Shown: positions 52,363 through 62,861, counted from the stretch's first letter. The stretch: DNA of 64,000 nt from an uncultured Acidobacteriota bacterium (GCA_964511835.1 CAZEII010000004.1:64339-128338); one strand, 5' to 3'. Notes: a model not told the origin generated them from the letters alone. Numbers and translations: made by a program.

Positions 52363-54252
52363 TCACGCCTCCTCGACCGAATCCGCCGGCTCGCTCGTGG
52401 CGGCCGACTTGCCCTCGCCCTCCTTTTCGTTGGACGAGAACGCACCCGGATCGTACAGGATGACGTCGGACAGGATACGGGCAACCTCGGCGATCCGCTC
52501 GAGGGCGGCCGTGCACTCGGCGGCGCTCCCGCTCTCCAGCGCCTTGCGGGCGGCGTCGAGGATCTTCCGCACGGTTGTCTGCTGGTCCGGCGGGAGCATC
52601 GCGCCGAACTCGGCGAAGGTCTTCTGGTTCGACTCGACGAGCCCCTCGAGCCGCGTGCGGACGCGGATGAACTCCGCGCGCCTCCGGTCCTCCTCCTCGT
52701 GCTTCTGCGCGTCCTCGATGATCGAGTGGATCTCCGATTCGGACAGTCCGCCGGCGGGGGTGACCAGGATCTTCTGCTCGCGCTTCGTGGCCATGTCGCG
52801 CGCGGAGACGTTGACGATCCCGTTCGAGTCGATGTCGAAGGTGACGTCGATCTGCGGCGTGCCGCGCGGCGCCGGAGGGATGCCGACGAGGTCGAACCGC
52901 CCGAGGGACTTGTTGTGGCCCGCGATCTCCCGTTCTCCTTGCAGGACGTGCACCTCGACCTTGGCCTGGTTGTCCGCCACGGTCGTGAAGATCCTCGACT
53001 TTCGAGTCGGGATCGTCGAGTTGCGCTCGATGATCTTGGTGAACATACCGCCGCGCGTCTCGATGCCGAGGGAGAGCGGCGTCACGTCGAGGAGCACCAT
53101 GTCCTTGACGTCGCCTTTCAGGATTCCCGCCTGGATCGCGGCGCCGATGCCGACGACCTCGTCGGGATTGATGCTCGAGTTCGGCTCGCGGCCGAAGATT
53201 TGGCGCACCGTCTCGACGACCTTCGGCGTACGGGTCTGGCCGCCGACGAGGATGACCTCGTCGACGTCCTCCGGGCGCAGCCCCGCCATGCGCAGCGCCT
53301 CCTCACACGGGCCCCGCGTCTTCTCGATCAGATCCTCGACCAGCTCCTCGAACTTCGCGCGCGTGAGGGTCGTGTTGAGGTGGCGGGCGCCCCCTTCGTC
53401 GGCCGAGATGAACGGCAGGTTGACCTCCGTCGCCTCGAGCCGGGACAGCTCGCACTTGGCCTTCTCCGCGGCTTCCTTCAACCGCTGGAGCGCGAGCCGG
53501 TCCGCCCGGAGGTCGATCCCGGTCTCTCCATGGAAAAGGGCCAAGAGCCAGTCGACGATCCGCTGGTCGAAATCCTCGCCACCGAGGAAGGTGTCGCCGG
53601 AGGTCGACTTGACCTCGAAAACGCCCTCGCCCAGCTGAAGGATCGAGATGTCGAACGTACCGCCCCCCAGGTCGTACACGGCGATCTTCCGGGGCGATGT
53701 GCCCTCGTCGAGGCCGTACGCCAGGGCGGCCGCAGTCGGCTCGTTGACGATCCGCAGCACGTTGAGACCGGCGATCCGGCCGGAATCCTTGGTCGCTTGG
53801 CGCTGGGAATCGTCGAAATAGGCCGGAACCGTGATGACCGCTTCGTTGATCTCCGCGCCGAGATAATCCTCGGCCATCTCCTTGAGGCGGGTGAGAAGGA
53901 ACGCGGAGATCTCCTGGGGGGAGTAATCGCGGTCCCGGACGTGGATCCAAGCATCGCCGTTCGACGACGGTGCGATCTGGTAAGGGACGAGCTGGCGCGC
54001 CTTGCCGACCTCGGCCGAGTCGAACTTCCGCCCGATGAGCCGCTTGACGGCGTAGATCGTGTGCATCGGGTTCGTCAGCGACTGGCGCTTGGCGATCTGG
54101 CCGATCAGCTTTTCGCCGCGCGGTGTGAACGCGACGATCGAGGGCGTCGTCCGGGCGCCTTCTCGGCTGGCGATCACGCGGGGCTTCCCCCCCTCCATGA
54201 CCGCGATGCAGCAGTTCGTCGTACCGAGATCGATGCCGATCACCTTGGCCAT
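52363..54252 (-). CDS. dnaK: molecular chaperone DnaK (629 aa)
   Basis: [30 protein letters not shown] and [11 protein letters not shown] motifs. ATG at 54252 with GGAAGGAG upstream. Confidence 0.98.
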   Translation of the reverse strand: MAKVIGIDLGTTNCCIAVMEGGKPRVIASREGARTTPSIVAFTPRGEKLIGQIAKRQSLTNPMHTIYAVKRLIGRKFDSAEVGKARQLVPYQIAPSSNGDAWIHVRDRDYSPQEISAFLLTRLKEMAEDYLGAEINEAVITVPAYFDDSQRQATKDSGRIAGLNVLRIVNEPTAAALAYGLDEGTSPRKIAVYDLGGGTFDISILQLGEGVFEVKSTSGDTFLGGEDFDQRIVDWLLALFHGETGIDLRADRLALQRLKEAAEKAKCELSRLEATEVNLPFISADEGGARHLNTTLTRAKFEELVEDLIEKTRGPCEEALRMAGLRPEDVDEVILVGGQTRTPKVVETVRQIFGREPNSSINPDEVVGIGAAIQAGILKGDVKDMVLLDVTPLSLGIETRGGMFTKIIERNSTIPTRKSRIFTTVADNQAKVEVHVLQGEREIAGHNKSLGRFDLVGIPPAPRGTPQIDVTFDIDSNGIVNVSARDMATKREQKILVTPAGGLSESEIHSIIEDAQKHEEEDRRRAEFIRVRTRLEGLVESNQKTFAEFGAMLPPDQQTTVRKILDAARKALESGSAAECTAALERIAEVARILSDVILYDPGAFSSNEKEGEGKSAATSEPADSVEEA

Positions 54253-54253
54253 A

Positions 54254-54931
54254 TCAGGACTCCTTCCGGTCGTCGCTGCCGGCCGATTCGCCGTCCGACT
54301 CGTCGACACGCACCCGGACCATCGCCGGCCTCAGGACCCGATCGTGGAGGAAATACCCTTGCTGGAACACTTCGGTCACCGTGTGCGGCGGCGCGGGAGA
54401 CTCGAGGTCGGTCGCGACCGCTTCGTGACGCATCGGGTCGAAGAGTTCCCCGACGGACTCCATCGTGCGCAGTCCTTCCGACTCGAGCTCGGTCAGGAGC
54501 TGCCGATGGATCAGCCCGACCCCCTCGATCAAAGCGTCGCCGGTGCCGGGGCGAGCGGCGGCCATCGCCCGCTCGAAATTGTCGAGCACGGGGAGGATGC
54601 GACCGACGAGCCCGAAGGTCGCGTAACGGAAATGATCGGCGCGCTCCCGCTCGATCCGCTTCTTGAAGTTCTCGAAATCGGCCTGGAGGCGCAACAGCCG
54701 CTCGCGGAGCGGCGCCTCCGAATCCACGGGTTCGGGCTCCGGGGCGGTCTCTTCGTCGGGGCCTGCCTCCCGGCTGGCCGCGGTCTCCTCGAAGACGACC
54801 TCGACGTCGTCGGGATCGGCCGTGACGATCGGAGCGCCATCCTCGTCCACACCCACGACTTCGAGGATCTCGATCTCCTCGGCGGGGACCGCGTCGGGGG
54901 GAAGACGGTGAGGCGCGTTCTCCTGTTTCAT
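54254..54931 (-). CDS. grpE: nucleotide exchange factor GrpE (225 aa; alternative GTG at 54940)
   Basis: [14 protein letters not shown]...[10 protein letters not shown]...FDP..HEA. ATG at 54931 with GAGGTG 6 nt upstream. Confidence 0.92.
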   Translation of the reverse strand: MKQENAPHRLPPDAVPAEEIEILEVVGVDEDGAPIVTADPDDVEVVFEETAASREAGPDEETAPEPEPVDSEAPLRERLLRLQADFENFKKRIERERADHFRYATFGLVGRILPVLDNFERAMAAARPGTGDALIEGVGLIHRQLLTELESEGLRTMESVGELFDPMRHEAVATDLESPAPPHTVTEVFQQGYFLHDRVLRPAMVRVRVDESDGESAGSDDRKES

Positions 54932-54941
54932 CCGTCTCACC

Positions 54942-56012
54942 TCACGAGCCCGAAGTGGTCAGGAAGCGCGTGAGGACGTGCGCCAGGTGGTCGACGAGCG
55001 CGATCGTCCGGGCGTATTCCATGCGCGTCGGGCCGACGACGCCGACGGTGCCGAGCACGCGGTCGCCCGCGCGGTAGGTCGTCGCCACGACCGAGAGATC
55101 GGAGAGGGAGGAGACGGGGTTCTCGTGGCCGATGACGACCTGAACCCCCTGCCCCGTCAGCACGGTCTCGAGAAGGCCGACGAGCCGTCCCTTCTGCTCG
55201 AGCGTGCGCAGCAGCTCCTTCGTGCGCGGGAGATCGTTGAACTCCGGGGCGCCGACGAGGTTCGAGGCCCCCTCGACCAGCACCTCGGTGGCCGCCTCGT
55301 CGATCGCGAGCGCGTCCCGGCCCAGCGCCAAGAGCTTCGCGCGCCTGAGGTCGTAGGCGGCACGCTCCTCGGAGAGCTCGCGGGCGATCTCCTCGCGGAT
55401 GGAGGGGAGAGTCTGCCCGGCGAAGCGGCGCGACAGCTCTTGCCCGATGCGGTCGAGGTCGGGCTGATCGAACGGATCGGAAACGTCGAGGATCCGGTTG
55501 TGCACGACGCCGGCGCGATCGACCAGGATGGCGACCACCCGCCGTCCGTCGAGGCGGACGAACTCGAGGTGCTCGACGACGATCCGGCGCATGTCGGGGG
55601 CGAGCACCACACCGACGTGCTGCGAGACCAGCGAAAGCTGCCGCGCCGCTTCCCCCAAGAGCTCGGGGATCTCGCCGCGATTTCGGCCCAGCGCCTCGTC
55701 GATGGCGTGCGCCGACCCCGCGTCGATCGAGGGCGGGCTCATCAGCCGGTCGACGTACACGCGGTAGGCGAGGTCGGTGGGGACGCGCCCGGCCGAGGCG
55801 TGCGGCTGGCTCAAGAGTCCGCGCTCCTCGAGATCCGACATGACGTTGCGGATGGTCGCGGGCGAGAGGTCGAGCCCCGCGCCGCGAGACAGCGTGCGCG
55901 AGCCGATCGGCTCACCCGTCAGGACGTGCGCCTGGATCACCGATTTCAGGATCTCGCCCGCGCGATCGTCGAGATCGCCGAAACCCGGGCGGCCGGGCGT
56001 CTCCTTGCTCAT
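54942..56012 (-). CDS. hrcA: heat-inducible transcription repressor HrcA (356 aa)
   Basis: ILKSVIQAHVLTGEPIGSRTL...LSPATIRNVMSDLEERGLL.QPH.SAGRVPTD...G.VGVVGPTRM.Y signature. ATGA overlap with the prfB stop at 56009. Confidence 0.93.
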   Translation of the reverse strand: MSKETPGRPGFGDLDDRAGEILKSVIQAHVLTGEPIGSRTLSRGAGLDLSPATIRNVMSDLEERGLLSQPHASAGRVPTDLAYRVYVDRLMSPPSIDAGSAHAIDEALGRNRGEIPELLGEAARQLSLVSQHVGVVLAPDMRRIVVEHLEFVRLDGRRVVAILVDRAGVVHNRILDVSDPFDQPDLDRIGQELSRRFAGQTLPSIREEIARELSEERAAYDLRRAKLLALGRDALAIDEAATEVLVEGASNLVGAPEFNDLPRTKELLRTLEQKGRLVGLLETVLTGQGVQVVIGHENPVSSLSDLSVVATTYRAGDRVLGTVGVVGPTRMEYARTIALVDHLAHVLTRFLTTSGS

Positions 56013-57140
56013 CCCCGCGACCCCTGCGCGAGACTCGCCTCGCGGCCGCTCGTCAGATAGGCGCGAATGAAGCCGTCGAGGTCGCCGTTCAAAACACGAT
56101 CGGCGTCGCCGACCTCGAAGCCCGTTCGGTGATCTTTGACGAGCCGGTACGGGGCGAGCACGTACGACCGGATCTGGTGTCCCCATTCGATCTTCTTCTT
56201 TTCGCCGACCTCCTTCGCGAGCTTCGCCTCCGCTTCCTCGCGGGCCCGGTCCGCAAGCTTCGCGTGGAGCACCGCCATCGCCACCTCGCGGTTCCGGTGC
56301 TGGGACCGCTCGTTCTGACAGGTGACGACGATGTTGGTGGGCAGATGCGTGATCCGGACCGCCGAGTCCGTGACGTTCACGTGCTGGCCTCCAGCCCCCG
56401 ATGACCGGTACGTGTCGATCCTGAGGTCCTTGTCCTCGATCACGATGTGCACGTCGTCGTCGACTTCGGGAATGACGTCGATCGAGGCGAAGGACGTGTG
56501 GCGTCGCGCCTGCGCATCGTAGGGCGAGATGCGCACGAGGCGGTGGACGCCCCGCTCGGCCTTGAGGTAGCCGTAGGCGTTGGTGCCCTCGATGCCGATC
56601 GTCGCGCTCTTGAGCCCCGCCTCCTCGCCCGCCTGCCAGTCCAGGGTGGATACCTTGAACCCGCGGCGCTCCGCCCAGCGCACGTACATGCGGTAGAGCA
56701 TTTCCGCCCAGTCCTGCGATTCCGTCCCGCCGGCACCCGGATGGATCTCGACGATCGCGGAGGCTCGGTCGTGGCTTCCCGTCAGGAGCGTGGCCAGCTC
56801 GGTCTCCTCGACCTTTTCGGTGAGAACGGCGACCGCCTGGACGAGATCTCCCATCGCGTCTTCCCCTTCGCGGGCCAGCTCGTGGAACGTCCGGGCGTCG
56901 TCGAGGAGACGGCCCAGCCCGTCCGCCCTCGCGATGCTCTCGTTGAGCCGCGACTTCTTTTGATTCAAGTCCTTGGTGCGACCGGGGTCGCCCCAGACGG
57001 CGGGGTCGCTCAGCTGGGTGTCCAGCGCGCCCAGCTCGGCGCGCTTGCGGTCCACATCAAAGGAACCTCCGCAGCGCGTCGACCTTCTCGGCCAGCGCCT
57101 CGATCCTTTGACCCAACTCCTGCAGATCTGGACCAGCCAC
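56009..57140 (-). CDS. prfB: peptide chain release factor 2, requires programmed +1 frameshift (27 aa in frame 0 from 57140 to 57060, then 57058 to 56009; about 376 aa)
   Basis: The GTG at 57140 has GGAGGGGAG upstream. Frame 0 reads VAGPDLQELGQRIEALAEKVDALRRFL and then hits an in-frame TGA. The +1 frame continues DVDRKRAELGAL...SPF-type and GGQHVN motifs (SGAGGQHVNVTDSAVR). Confidence 0.93.
57056..57070 (-). other. prfB programmed +1 ribosomal frameshift site
   Basis: Minus strand reads GGAGG TTC CTT TGA T. An internal SD-like GGAGG lies 3 nt before the slippery CTT, followed by an in-frame TGA. This is the architecture known from E. coli prfB. Confidence 0.9.
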
Positions 57141-57161
57141 GGCTCCCCTCCGCCTCGACGG

Positions 57162-57189
57162 AATCTAGGACCCCAACGGTCCAGCGCAA
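57162..57189 (-). promoter_or_regulatory. candidate sigma-70-type promoter upstream of prfB
   Basis: Minus strand reads TTGCGC-N16-TAGATT, 21 nt before the GTG start. The same -10 hexamer occurs in the candidate promoter at 18021. Confidence 0.3.
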
Positions 57190-57249
57190 GTCCGTGACAA
57201 AAAATAGCATAGCGGCGCGCCGGAGGTCCGGCAGCAGCCGAGGCGCTCT

Positions 57250-57813
57250 TCAGCTGCCGACGCGCACCACCCAAGTGCCGCTGATGCCGTCGACGTGGAG
57301 CTTGCCGGCCGTCGCGTCGGCGGACTCGCGCGTCGGGTATCCGCCGACGCGAACCTTGTAGAGGCTTCCGGAGGCACCCTCGGCGACCGCGTCGATGCGC
57401 ACGGGGTACTGCTTGGCGCGCAGCGAGCGGACGACCTCTTCCGCGGCTTGACGATCGCGCCCGACGAAGACCTGCACGAACCACGAGCCTGCGGAGACCG
57501 GCGTCGCGGGCGCGGGAGTCGCGGCCGGCTTCGATTGCGCCTCGCGTCCCGGCTCGGCTTCCTTCCCAGGTCCGGAGAGCGTATCGAAGAAGGTCACCTT
57601 TTCCGACGCCTCGACGGCCTCCTGCTCGACATTTCCCGAGGCGTCCGCCGAGGAGGAGCCGTGCGACGGCGCTCCCCATCGCTCGACGGCCCTCCCGAGC
57701 TCGAACGCGCCGAACAGCAGCGCCAGAAGCACGCCGAATGCGACGGCGAGGAGAGCCCCCTCGAGCCGGATCTCCCTCCGCTCTCCGCGGTCGTCGTCGA
57801 CGTCAGGTCGCAT
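57250..57813 (-). CDS. SPOR domain (peptidoglycan-binding) membrane protein (187 aa)
   Basis: TM helix ALLAVAFGVLLALLFGAF. C-terminal SPOR domain: WFVQVFVGRDRQAAEEVVRSLRAKQYPVRID......YKVRVGGYPTRESADATAGKL. Confidence 0.85.
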   Translation of the reverse strand: MRPDVDDDRGERREIRLEGALLAVAFGVLLALLFGAFELGRAVERWGAPSHGSSSADASGNVEQEAVEASEKVTFFDTLSGPGKEAEPGREAQSKPAATPAPATPVSAGSWFVQVFVGRDRQAAEEVVRSLRAKQYPVRIDAVAEGASGSLYKVRVGGYPTRESADATAGKLHVDGISGTWVVRVGS

Positions 57814-58852
57814 CGGGCTCGCGGCGGCGCTCGGCGGTGGCGATGCCGTTCTTCGAAGTGGTCTTGATCGACTGCATGGCGCGGTCCGCGCGCTGCACGA
57901 GCTCTTCCTTGGTGCGAGCGTGCAGCGGGAACGACGCGATCCCGAACGAGGCGGTCATCGATTGCGCGCCTTGGGGGCCGCGCGTCGCCATGAGGAACGG
58001 GCGGCTGGAGATCGCCTCCCGCACGCGCTCGGCGACCTCCATCGCGCCATGCCATTCCGTCTCCGGGAGCACGATGCAGAACTCGTCGCCGCCGAAGCGG
58101 AACAGCTTGTCGAATTTCCGGATCTTGCCTCGCACCCGCTCCGACACCTCGAGGAGGGTCCGGCTCCCCGACGCGTGCCCGAGCCTCGTGTTCACGTCCT
58201 TCAGATTGTCCATGTCGAAGAAGATCAGCGACATCGGCGTCTTGAACCGGTTGGCGCGCGACATCTCTTCCAGGATGAACTCCTCGAAGTACCGACGGTT
58301 ATAGCAGGAGGCGGTGTCGTCCTTGATGGTCAGCTCGCGGATGGTGCGGACCTGCATGGCGTTCCCGAGCGCGGGCCTCACACGCTCGGCGAGATCGGCG
58401 AGCGCGGCGGCGGCATCGCGCGCGGGATCGAGCAGCACGACCGCGCCGACCGCGACGTCTTGGTCGGTGCGGAGCGGCACGGCCAGCGCGCGCACGCCGT
58501 CGGCGGCCAGAGGAAACGGGCCGTCGACCGCCTCGAGGCGGCCGCGTCCGCGGACCGCTTGGCGGAGCGATTCCAGCCGCGTGTCGGCGGCGGCGAGCGT
58601 CGTCGCGAGGGGCACGAGGGCGGCCCCTTCGACGTCGGGGCCGAAGCCGACGCCGTCCTCGGACCCCGCCCAGACTCGTCCGACGTCGAGGAACGCGGCG
58701 AGCTGCCCCTCGAGGTCCAGGCGCTGCGACACCGAGAGCGCGGCCGCCAGCACGTCGGCGGACTTGGGCGTGCGTGCCCGGCTCGGACGCGTCGCCCGGG
58801 GCCTCTTCTCGGCGGCGGAGTTCACGCCCGCGCGCGCTCGTCGCTCGCTCAT
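57803..58852 (-). CDS. GAF-like sensor / GGDEF diguanylate cyclase (349 aa)
   Basis: RFGGDEF active site with an RxxD I-site 5 aa upstream (RKFD). [27 protein letters not shown] overlap with the SPFH gene stop. Confidence 0.9.
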   Translation of the reverse strand: MSERRARAGVNSAAEKRPRATRPSRARTPKSADVLAAALSVSQRLDLEGQLAAFLDVGRVWAGSEDGVGFGPDVEGAALVPLATTLAAADTRLESLRQAVRGRGRLEAVDGPFPLAADGVRALAVPLRTDQDVAVGAVVLLDPARDAAAALADLAERVRPALGNAMQVRTIRELTIKDDTASCYNRRYFEEFILEEMSRANRFKTPMSLIFFDMDNLKDVNTRLGHASGSRTLLEVSERVRGKIRKFDKLFRFGGDEFCIVLPETEWHGAMEVAERVREAISSRPFLMATRGPQGAQSMTASFGIASFPLHARTKEELVQRADRAMQSIKTTSKNGIATAERRREPDAT

Positions 58853-59610
58853 TTGTCTCCGAGGAACGGCCGGAGCAGGTCGATGGGCAGCGGGAAGACC
58901 AGCGTCGAGTTCTTTTCGGAGGCCACCTCGGTCAGCGTCTGCAGGTAGCGGAGCTGCAGGGTGACCGGATTCTTGCCGATCTCGTTCGCCGCCTGAACGA
59001 GGGCCGTCGCCGCTTGGCGCTCCCCCTCGGCGTGGATGATCTTCGCGCGCTTCTCGCGCTCCGCCTCGGCCTGCTTCGCCATCGCCCGCTGCATCTCCAC
59101 CGGGAGGTCGACGTGCTTGACCTCGACGGCCGACACCTTGATCCCCCAGGGATCCGTGTGCTTGTCGAGGATCTCCTGCAGCTGGACGTTGAGCTTCTCC
59201 CGCTCGGACAGAAGAGAGTCGAGCTCGACTTGGCCCAGCACGGAGCGCAGCGTCGTCTGACTCAGCTGGCTCGTCGCGTAGTGGAAGTTCTCGACGTCGA
59301 CGACCGCCCGGCGCGGGTTCATCACGCGGTAATACACCACGGCGTTGACCTTCACCGATACGTTGTCGCGCGTGATGATGTCCTGGGGCGGCACGTCGTG
59401 GACCACCGTGCGGAGCGAGACCCGGATCATCCGGTCGGCGATCGGGATCAGGAAGAAGATCCCCGGGCCGTAATCCATCGGGCGGAGGCGGCCGAGGCGG
59501 AAGACGACGCCGCGCTCGTATTCCGGAAGGATCTTGATCGAGTTGGCGACGACGAAAACCGCGATGACCAGCGCGACCAGAAGGCCCGCGGAGACCTGGA
59601 TGCCGAACAT
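58849..59610 (-). CDS. SPFH/band 7 (stomatin-like) protein (253 aa)
   Basis: [15 protein letters not shown]...TRDNV.V.V.AVVYYRV..P...V..V.....A...L.QTTLR...G...LD..L..R signature, followed by a coiled coil [12 protein letters not shown]. Confidence 0.92.
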   Translation of the reverse strand: MFGIQVSAGLLVALVIAVFVVANSIKILPEYERGVVFRLGRLRPMDYGPGIFFLIPIADRMIRVSLRTVVHDVPPQDIITRDNVSVKVNAVVYYRVMNPRRAVVDVENFHYATSQLSQTTLRSVLGQVELDSLLSEREKLNVQLQEILDKHTDPWGIKVSAVEVKHVDLPVEMQRAMAKQAEAEREKRAKIIHAEGERQAATALVQAANEIGKNPVTLQLRYLQTLTEVASEKNSTLVFPLPIDLLRPFLGDK

Positions 59611-59635
59611 GCGATCCTCCCTTCGAGTGGGCTTC

Positions 59636-60940
59636 TCAGACGTGGGAGTCGACGCGCTCGACGTCGACCACGAGATCCCGAACGCGCACGACCCGGACGC
59701 GCGTGCCGGCAGGGACGCTGCCTCCGGCCGCGACCGCTTTCCAGAGCTCGCCGTGGACGAACACCGTTCCCTCGGGATCCAAGGGCTGACTCACGACGCC
59801 GATCTCTCCGCGCAGCCCCTCCACGCCGCTCGCGACCGGCGCCCGCCGCGCCTTGATCGCCAGCCGTGTCGCCGTCAAGCAAAGCGCCGCCAGCGTCAAG
59901 CTTCCGGGGAGCACGACGAGGAGCGGCGGCCGAAGGTTCTTTCCGGATCCGGGGAAGAGCATCAGCGACCCGACGATGACGCACGCCGTCCCCAAGAGGC
60001 CGAACGCGCCGTGCGAGGCGATCTTGATCTCGAGCACGAACAGCGCGAGACCCAGGAGCACGAGGAGGAACCCGAGAGCCGAGATCGGCAGCTGCTGCGC
60101 CGAGAACGCGAACAGGATGAGCGCCACCGCGCCGACCAGGCCGGGGACCCATGTCCCCGGATGATTGAACTCGGCGTACAGCCCTGCGAGACCGATCAGG
60201 AACAGGAGATACACGACGGTGGGGTTGGCGAGAAAGCCGCCGATCCTCTCCTCGATGTTGTCGGTGCTCGTTCTCACGGGCTCGACGATCGTCGGGTTCG
60301 CCAGGGCGAGCACGGTGGCCGTTCCGTCGAAGCGCTTCAGCGTCCGGCCGTCGAGCCGCTTCAGGAGATCGGCGCGGTCCTTCGCGACGAGATCGACGAG
60401 CCCCGCCTTCAAGGCCGCTTCGTCGGTGAACGACTCGGCGGAGACGACCGCCTTGTCGGCCGATTCCACGCTTCGCCCGCGGTGCTCCGCGATCGAGCGC
60501 GCCAGCGCGGCGAGGTCGTTGGTCGCCTTCTTCAGGAGGATGTCGCCGTCTTCGCTCTTCCCCATCCCGAAGACGACCGCCGCGGCTCCGGTCCTCGTCC
60601 CGGGGGCCATCGCCGCGACGTCCGCGGCCATCAGGAGGTAGAACCCGCCCGACGCGGCGCGCGCCCCCGCCGGTCCGACCCAGACCGCGACCGGCGTCTT
60701 GGCGGAGAGTATCCGTTTGACGATCGTCTCCGTCGCGTCGACGGAGCCGCCGGGTGTGTCCAGCTCGACGAGGACGAGCGTGTCCCCCGCCGCGTCCGCG
60801 GCGTCGATCGCGTCGAGGATCCGCCGGCCGCTCGCGGTGTTGATGTCGGTCTCGAAGCGCACGAGACGAACGGAAGGCCCGGCGGCCTGCGCGGCGGTCG
60901 AAAAGCTCACCGCCAGGAAGATGCTGAGCAGGCGGGACAT
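59636..60940 (-). CDS. NfeD family membrane-bound ClpP-class serine protease (434 aa)
   Basis: [11 protein letters not shown]...[12 protein letters not shown] is the ClpP-like fold, followed by 4-5 TM helices and a C-terminal NfeD OB-domain ([14 protein letters not shown]...G..VRVV). Lies directly upstream of the SPFH partner. Confidence 0.88.
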   Translation of the reverse strand: MSRLLSIFLAVSFSTAAQAAGPSVRLVRFETDINTASGRRILDAIDAADAAGDTLVLVELDTPGGSVDATETIVKRILSAKTPVAVWVGPAGARAASGGFYLLMAADVAAMAPGTRTGAAAVVFGMGKSEDGDILLKKATNDLAALARSIAEHRGRSVESADKAVVSAESFTDEAALKAGLVDLVAKDRADLLKRLDGRTLKRFDGTATVLALANPTIVEPVRTSTDNIEERIGGFLANPTVVYLLFLIGLAGLYAEFNHPGTWVPGLVGAVALILFAFSAQQLPISALGFLLVLLGLALFVLEIKIASHGAFGLLGTACVIVGSLMLFPGSGKNLRPPLLVVLPGSLTLAALCLTATRLAIKARRAPVASGVEGLRGEIGVVSQPLDPEGTVFVHGELWKAVAAGGSVPAGTRVRVVRVRDLVVDVERVDSHV

Positions 60941-60948
60941 ACGGGGCG

Positions 60949-60978
60949 AGTATACGGGCCGCTCGCAAAAGGGGTCAA
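60949..60978 (-). promoter_or_regulatory. candidate sigma-70-type promoter giving a leaderless nfeD transcript
   Basis: Minus strand reads TTGACC-N18-TATACT-N8-ATG(60940). The -35 overlaps the stop codon of the upstream gene. No SD is present. Confidence 0.4.
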
Positions 60979-62861
60979 GGATGGGAGCCGGCCTCCGCGA
61001 GGAGCTTCACCGCTCTTTTTCGCGTAGCCCGGTCGCCCGCTCCGGATTGGACCAGCGCCTTCGCCGCGGCCAGGCGGGCGGCGGGATCGCCGCGCTTCAC
61101 CTCGAGCTCGAATCGCGCCGCGAGCGCCATGCCGTTTCTCGCATCGTGGCCGGTGACGCCGACCAACAGGTGCTCGGCCTCGTCGAGCCGGCCGGTCGCG
61201 ATCAGGAGCCTCGCGAGATCGACGGCGGCCGGATCGTTGCGCGGGTCGCTCGCCAGGAGCCTGCGATACTCGGCTTCGGCCTCGCGGTCCTTTCCTTCGA
61301 GGCGCAGGACGCTCGCGAGGATCCCGCGCGCGCGGTCACTCCCCCCCGAGATCTCGAGCGCCCGCTTCGCCTCGTCCTCGGCCGCGCGCAAGTCAGGAAG
61401 CTGGATCAGGGCGAGGATCCGTGTGAGCCGGGCCTGGGGGTTCGCCGGGTCGGCGGCAAGAACCGGCGCGATTCCGGCGAGCGCTCCTCCGGCGTCGCCC
61501 GCGGCGAGCTTGTCGCGAGCGAGATCGATCGCCCGGATCTCGCCGATCCCGTCCTTCGGGTCGATGGCGCCCGCCGCCGCAGGCGAGGCTTGGGTTCCGA
61601 GATACCCGAGCGAGCGCAGGCGCGCGGCCTCCTCGGCGGTCAGCGTGCGCTCGGACGCTGCGGCCGCCGCCGCGTCGCTCGTTGCAGCCGACCATTCGTC
61701 GAGCGCCGACGCCATCTCCGCGGCGCGCGACCCGTCGTCCTTAGCCAGGTCGTGGTCCTCGGTCCGATCCGTCTTCAGATCGTAGAGCTCGGGGCGCGGA
61801 GCGGCGATGTACTTGAACCGTCCGTCGCGCACCATCCGCAGATCCGCCCACCCGAACTCGAGCCGCGGCATCATCGTTTCGGCGTGAGCGACCGCGGCAC
61901 GGCCGTCGTCCTTCCCGTCGATCCTCCCGCGCAAGGCTCGACCCTGCGCCCGCGCCAAGGGCGGAAGACCGAGATAGTCGAGGACGGTCGGCGCGACGTC
62001 GATCAGCTCGACCGGGCCGCGGATCGTCTTGCCCGCGGGAACGAGCCCAGGAGCCCGGAAGAAGAGGGGCACGTGGAGCGCCCCTTCATAAAGGAACAAC
62101 CCGTGCGCCCGCTCGCCGTGCTCCCCGAGGCTCTCGCCGTGGTCTCCCATCGCGATCACGAGGGAACGATCGAGAAACCCCGTCGCGCGCAACTGGCCGA
62201 TCAACTCCCCGAAGCAGGCGTCGACGTAGGAGATCTCCCGGTCGTAACCCGTGCCGGCGAGTGTCCTCCCTGCTTTCTCGGGGGGCGAGTACGGCTCGTG
62301 AGGGTCGTAGTAGTGGACCCAGAGGAAGATCCGCTCGCCCCGGTGGGCTGCGAGCCACGGGAAGACGCGCGCGTTGACGTCGTCCGCGGTCCGCTGGGCT
62401 TCGAAGGTCTGATCGCGCCCGCCGGCGTACCGGTCGACGTCCACGTCGTCGTAGGTCTCGAACCCTTGCTCGAGCCCGAACCCCTTGTTCAGGACATAGG
62501 CGCCGACGAACGCGGCCGTGCGAAACCCGAGGGCGGCCAGGTGCTCCGCGAGGGTCTCTTCCTCGGGGCGCAGGCGATAGATTCCGTTGTGACGGACGCC
62601 GTGAGAGGCCGGGTAACGGCCCGTGAAGATGCTGGCATGGGAAGGGAGGGTCAGTGGCACTTGGCTGATCGCCTCGGAGGCGACGGTGCCCTGCCCTGCG
62701 AGGCGGTCGAGATTCGGCGTCGGCACCTCCGTGCCGCCCAACGCCCCGATGCGATCGGCGCGGGTGGTGTCCAGCGTGACGATGACGACGGACCTCTCGC
62801 TGGGCGCGATCGTGCGCCGGCAGCTCGCGAAGAGCGCGAGAACGACGAGGACGCGCCTCAA
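60975..62861 (-). CDS. alkaline-phosphatase-superfamily (sulfatase-like)/TPR protein, paralog 3 (628 aa)
   Basis: The TTG at 62861 overlaps the coaD stop (TTGA). Signal RRVLVVLALFASC. VTLDTTRADR, PLTLPSHASIFTGRYP and GDHGESLGEHGE motifs. ARLRSLGY linker. C-terminal TPR. The track ORF 60975..63170 is over-extended. Confidence 0.85.
   Translation of the reverse strand: MRRVLVVLALFASCRRTIAPSERSVVIVTLDTTRADRIGALGGTEVPTPNLDRLAGQGTVASEAISQVPLTLPSHASIFTGRYPASHGVRHNGIYRLRPEEETLAEHLAALGFRTAAFVGAYVLNKGFGLEQGFETYDDVDVDRYAGGRDQTFEAQRTADDVNARVFPWLAAHRGERIFLWVHYYDPHEPYSPPEKAGRTLAGTGYDREISYVDACFGELIGQLRATGFLDRSLVIAMGDHGESLGEHGERAHGLFLYEGALHVPLFFRAPGLVPAGKTIRGPVELIDVAPTVLDYLGLPPLARAQGRALRGRIDGKDDGRAAVAHAETMMPRLEFGWADLRMVRDGRFKYIAAPRPELYDLKTDRTEDHDLAKDDGSRAAEMASALDEWSAATSDAAAAAASERTLTAEEAARLRSLGYLGTQASPAAAGAIDPKDGIGEIRAIDLARDKLAAGDAGGALAGIAPVLAADPANPQARLTRILALIQLPDLRAAEDEAKRALEISGGSDRARGILASVLRLEGKDREAEAEYRRLLASDPRNDPAAVDLARLLIATGRLDEAEHLLVGVTGHDARNGMALAARFELEVKRGDPAARLAAAKALVQSGAGDRATRKRAVKLLAEAGSHP

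Noticed and set aside
62652-62668. TGGCAC hexamer (plus strand), considered as a possible sigma-54 -24 box.
   Set aside because: There is no TTGC at the -12 spacing. It lies inside, and antisense to, the AP-TPR paralog 3 coding sequence.
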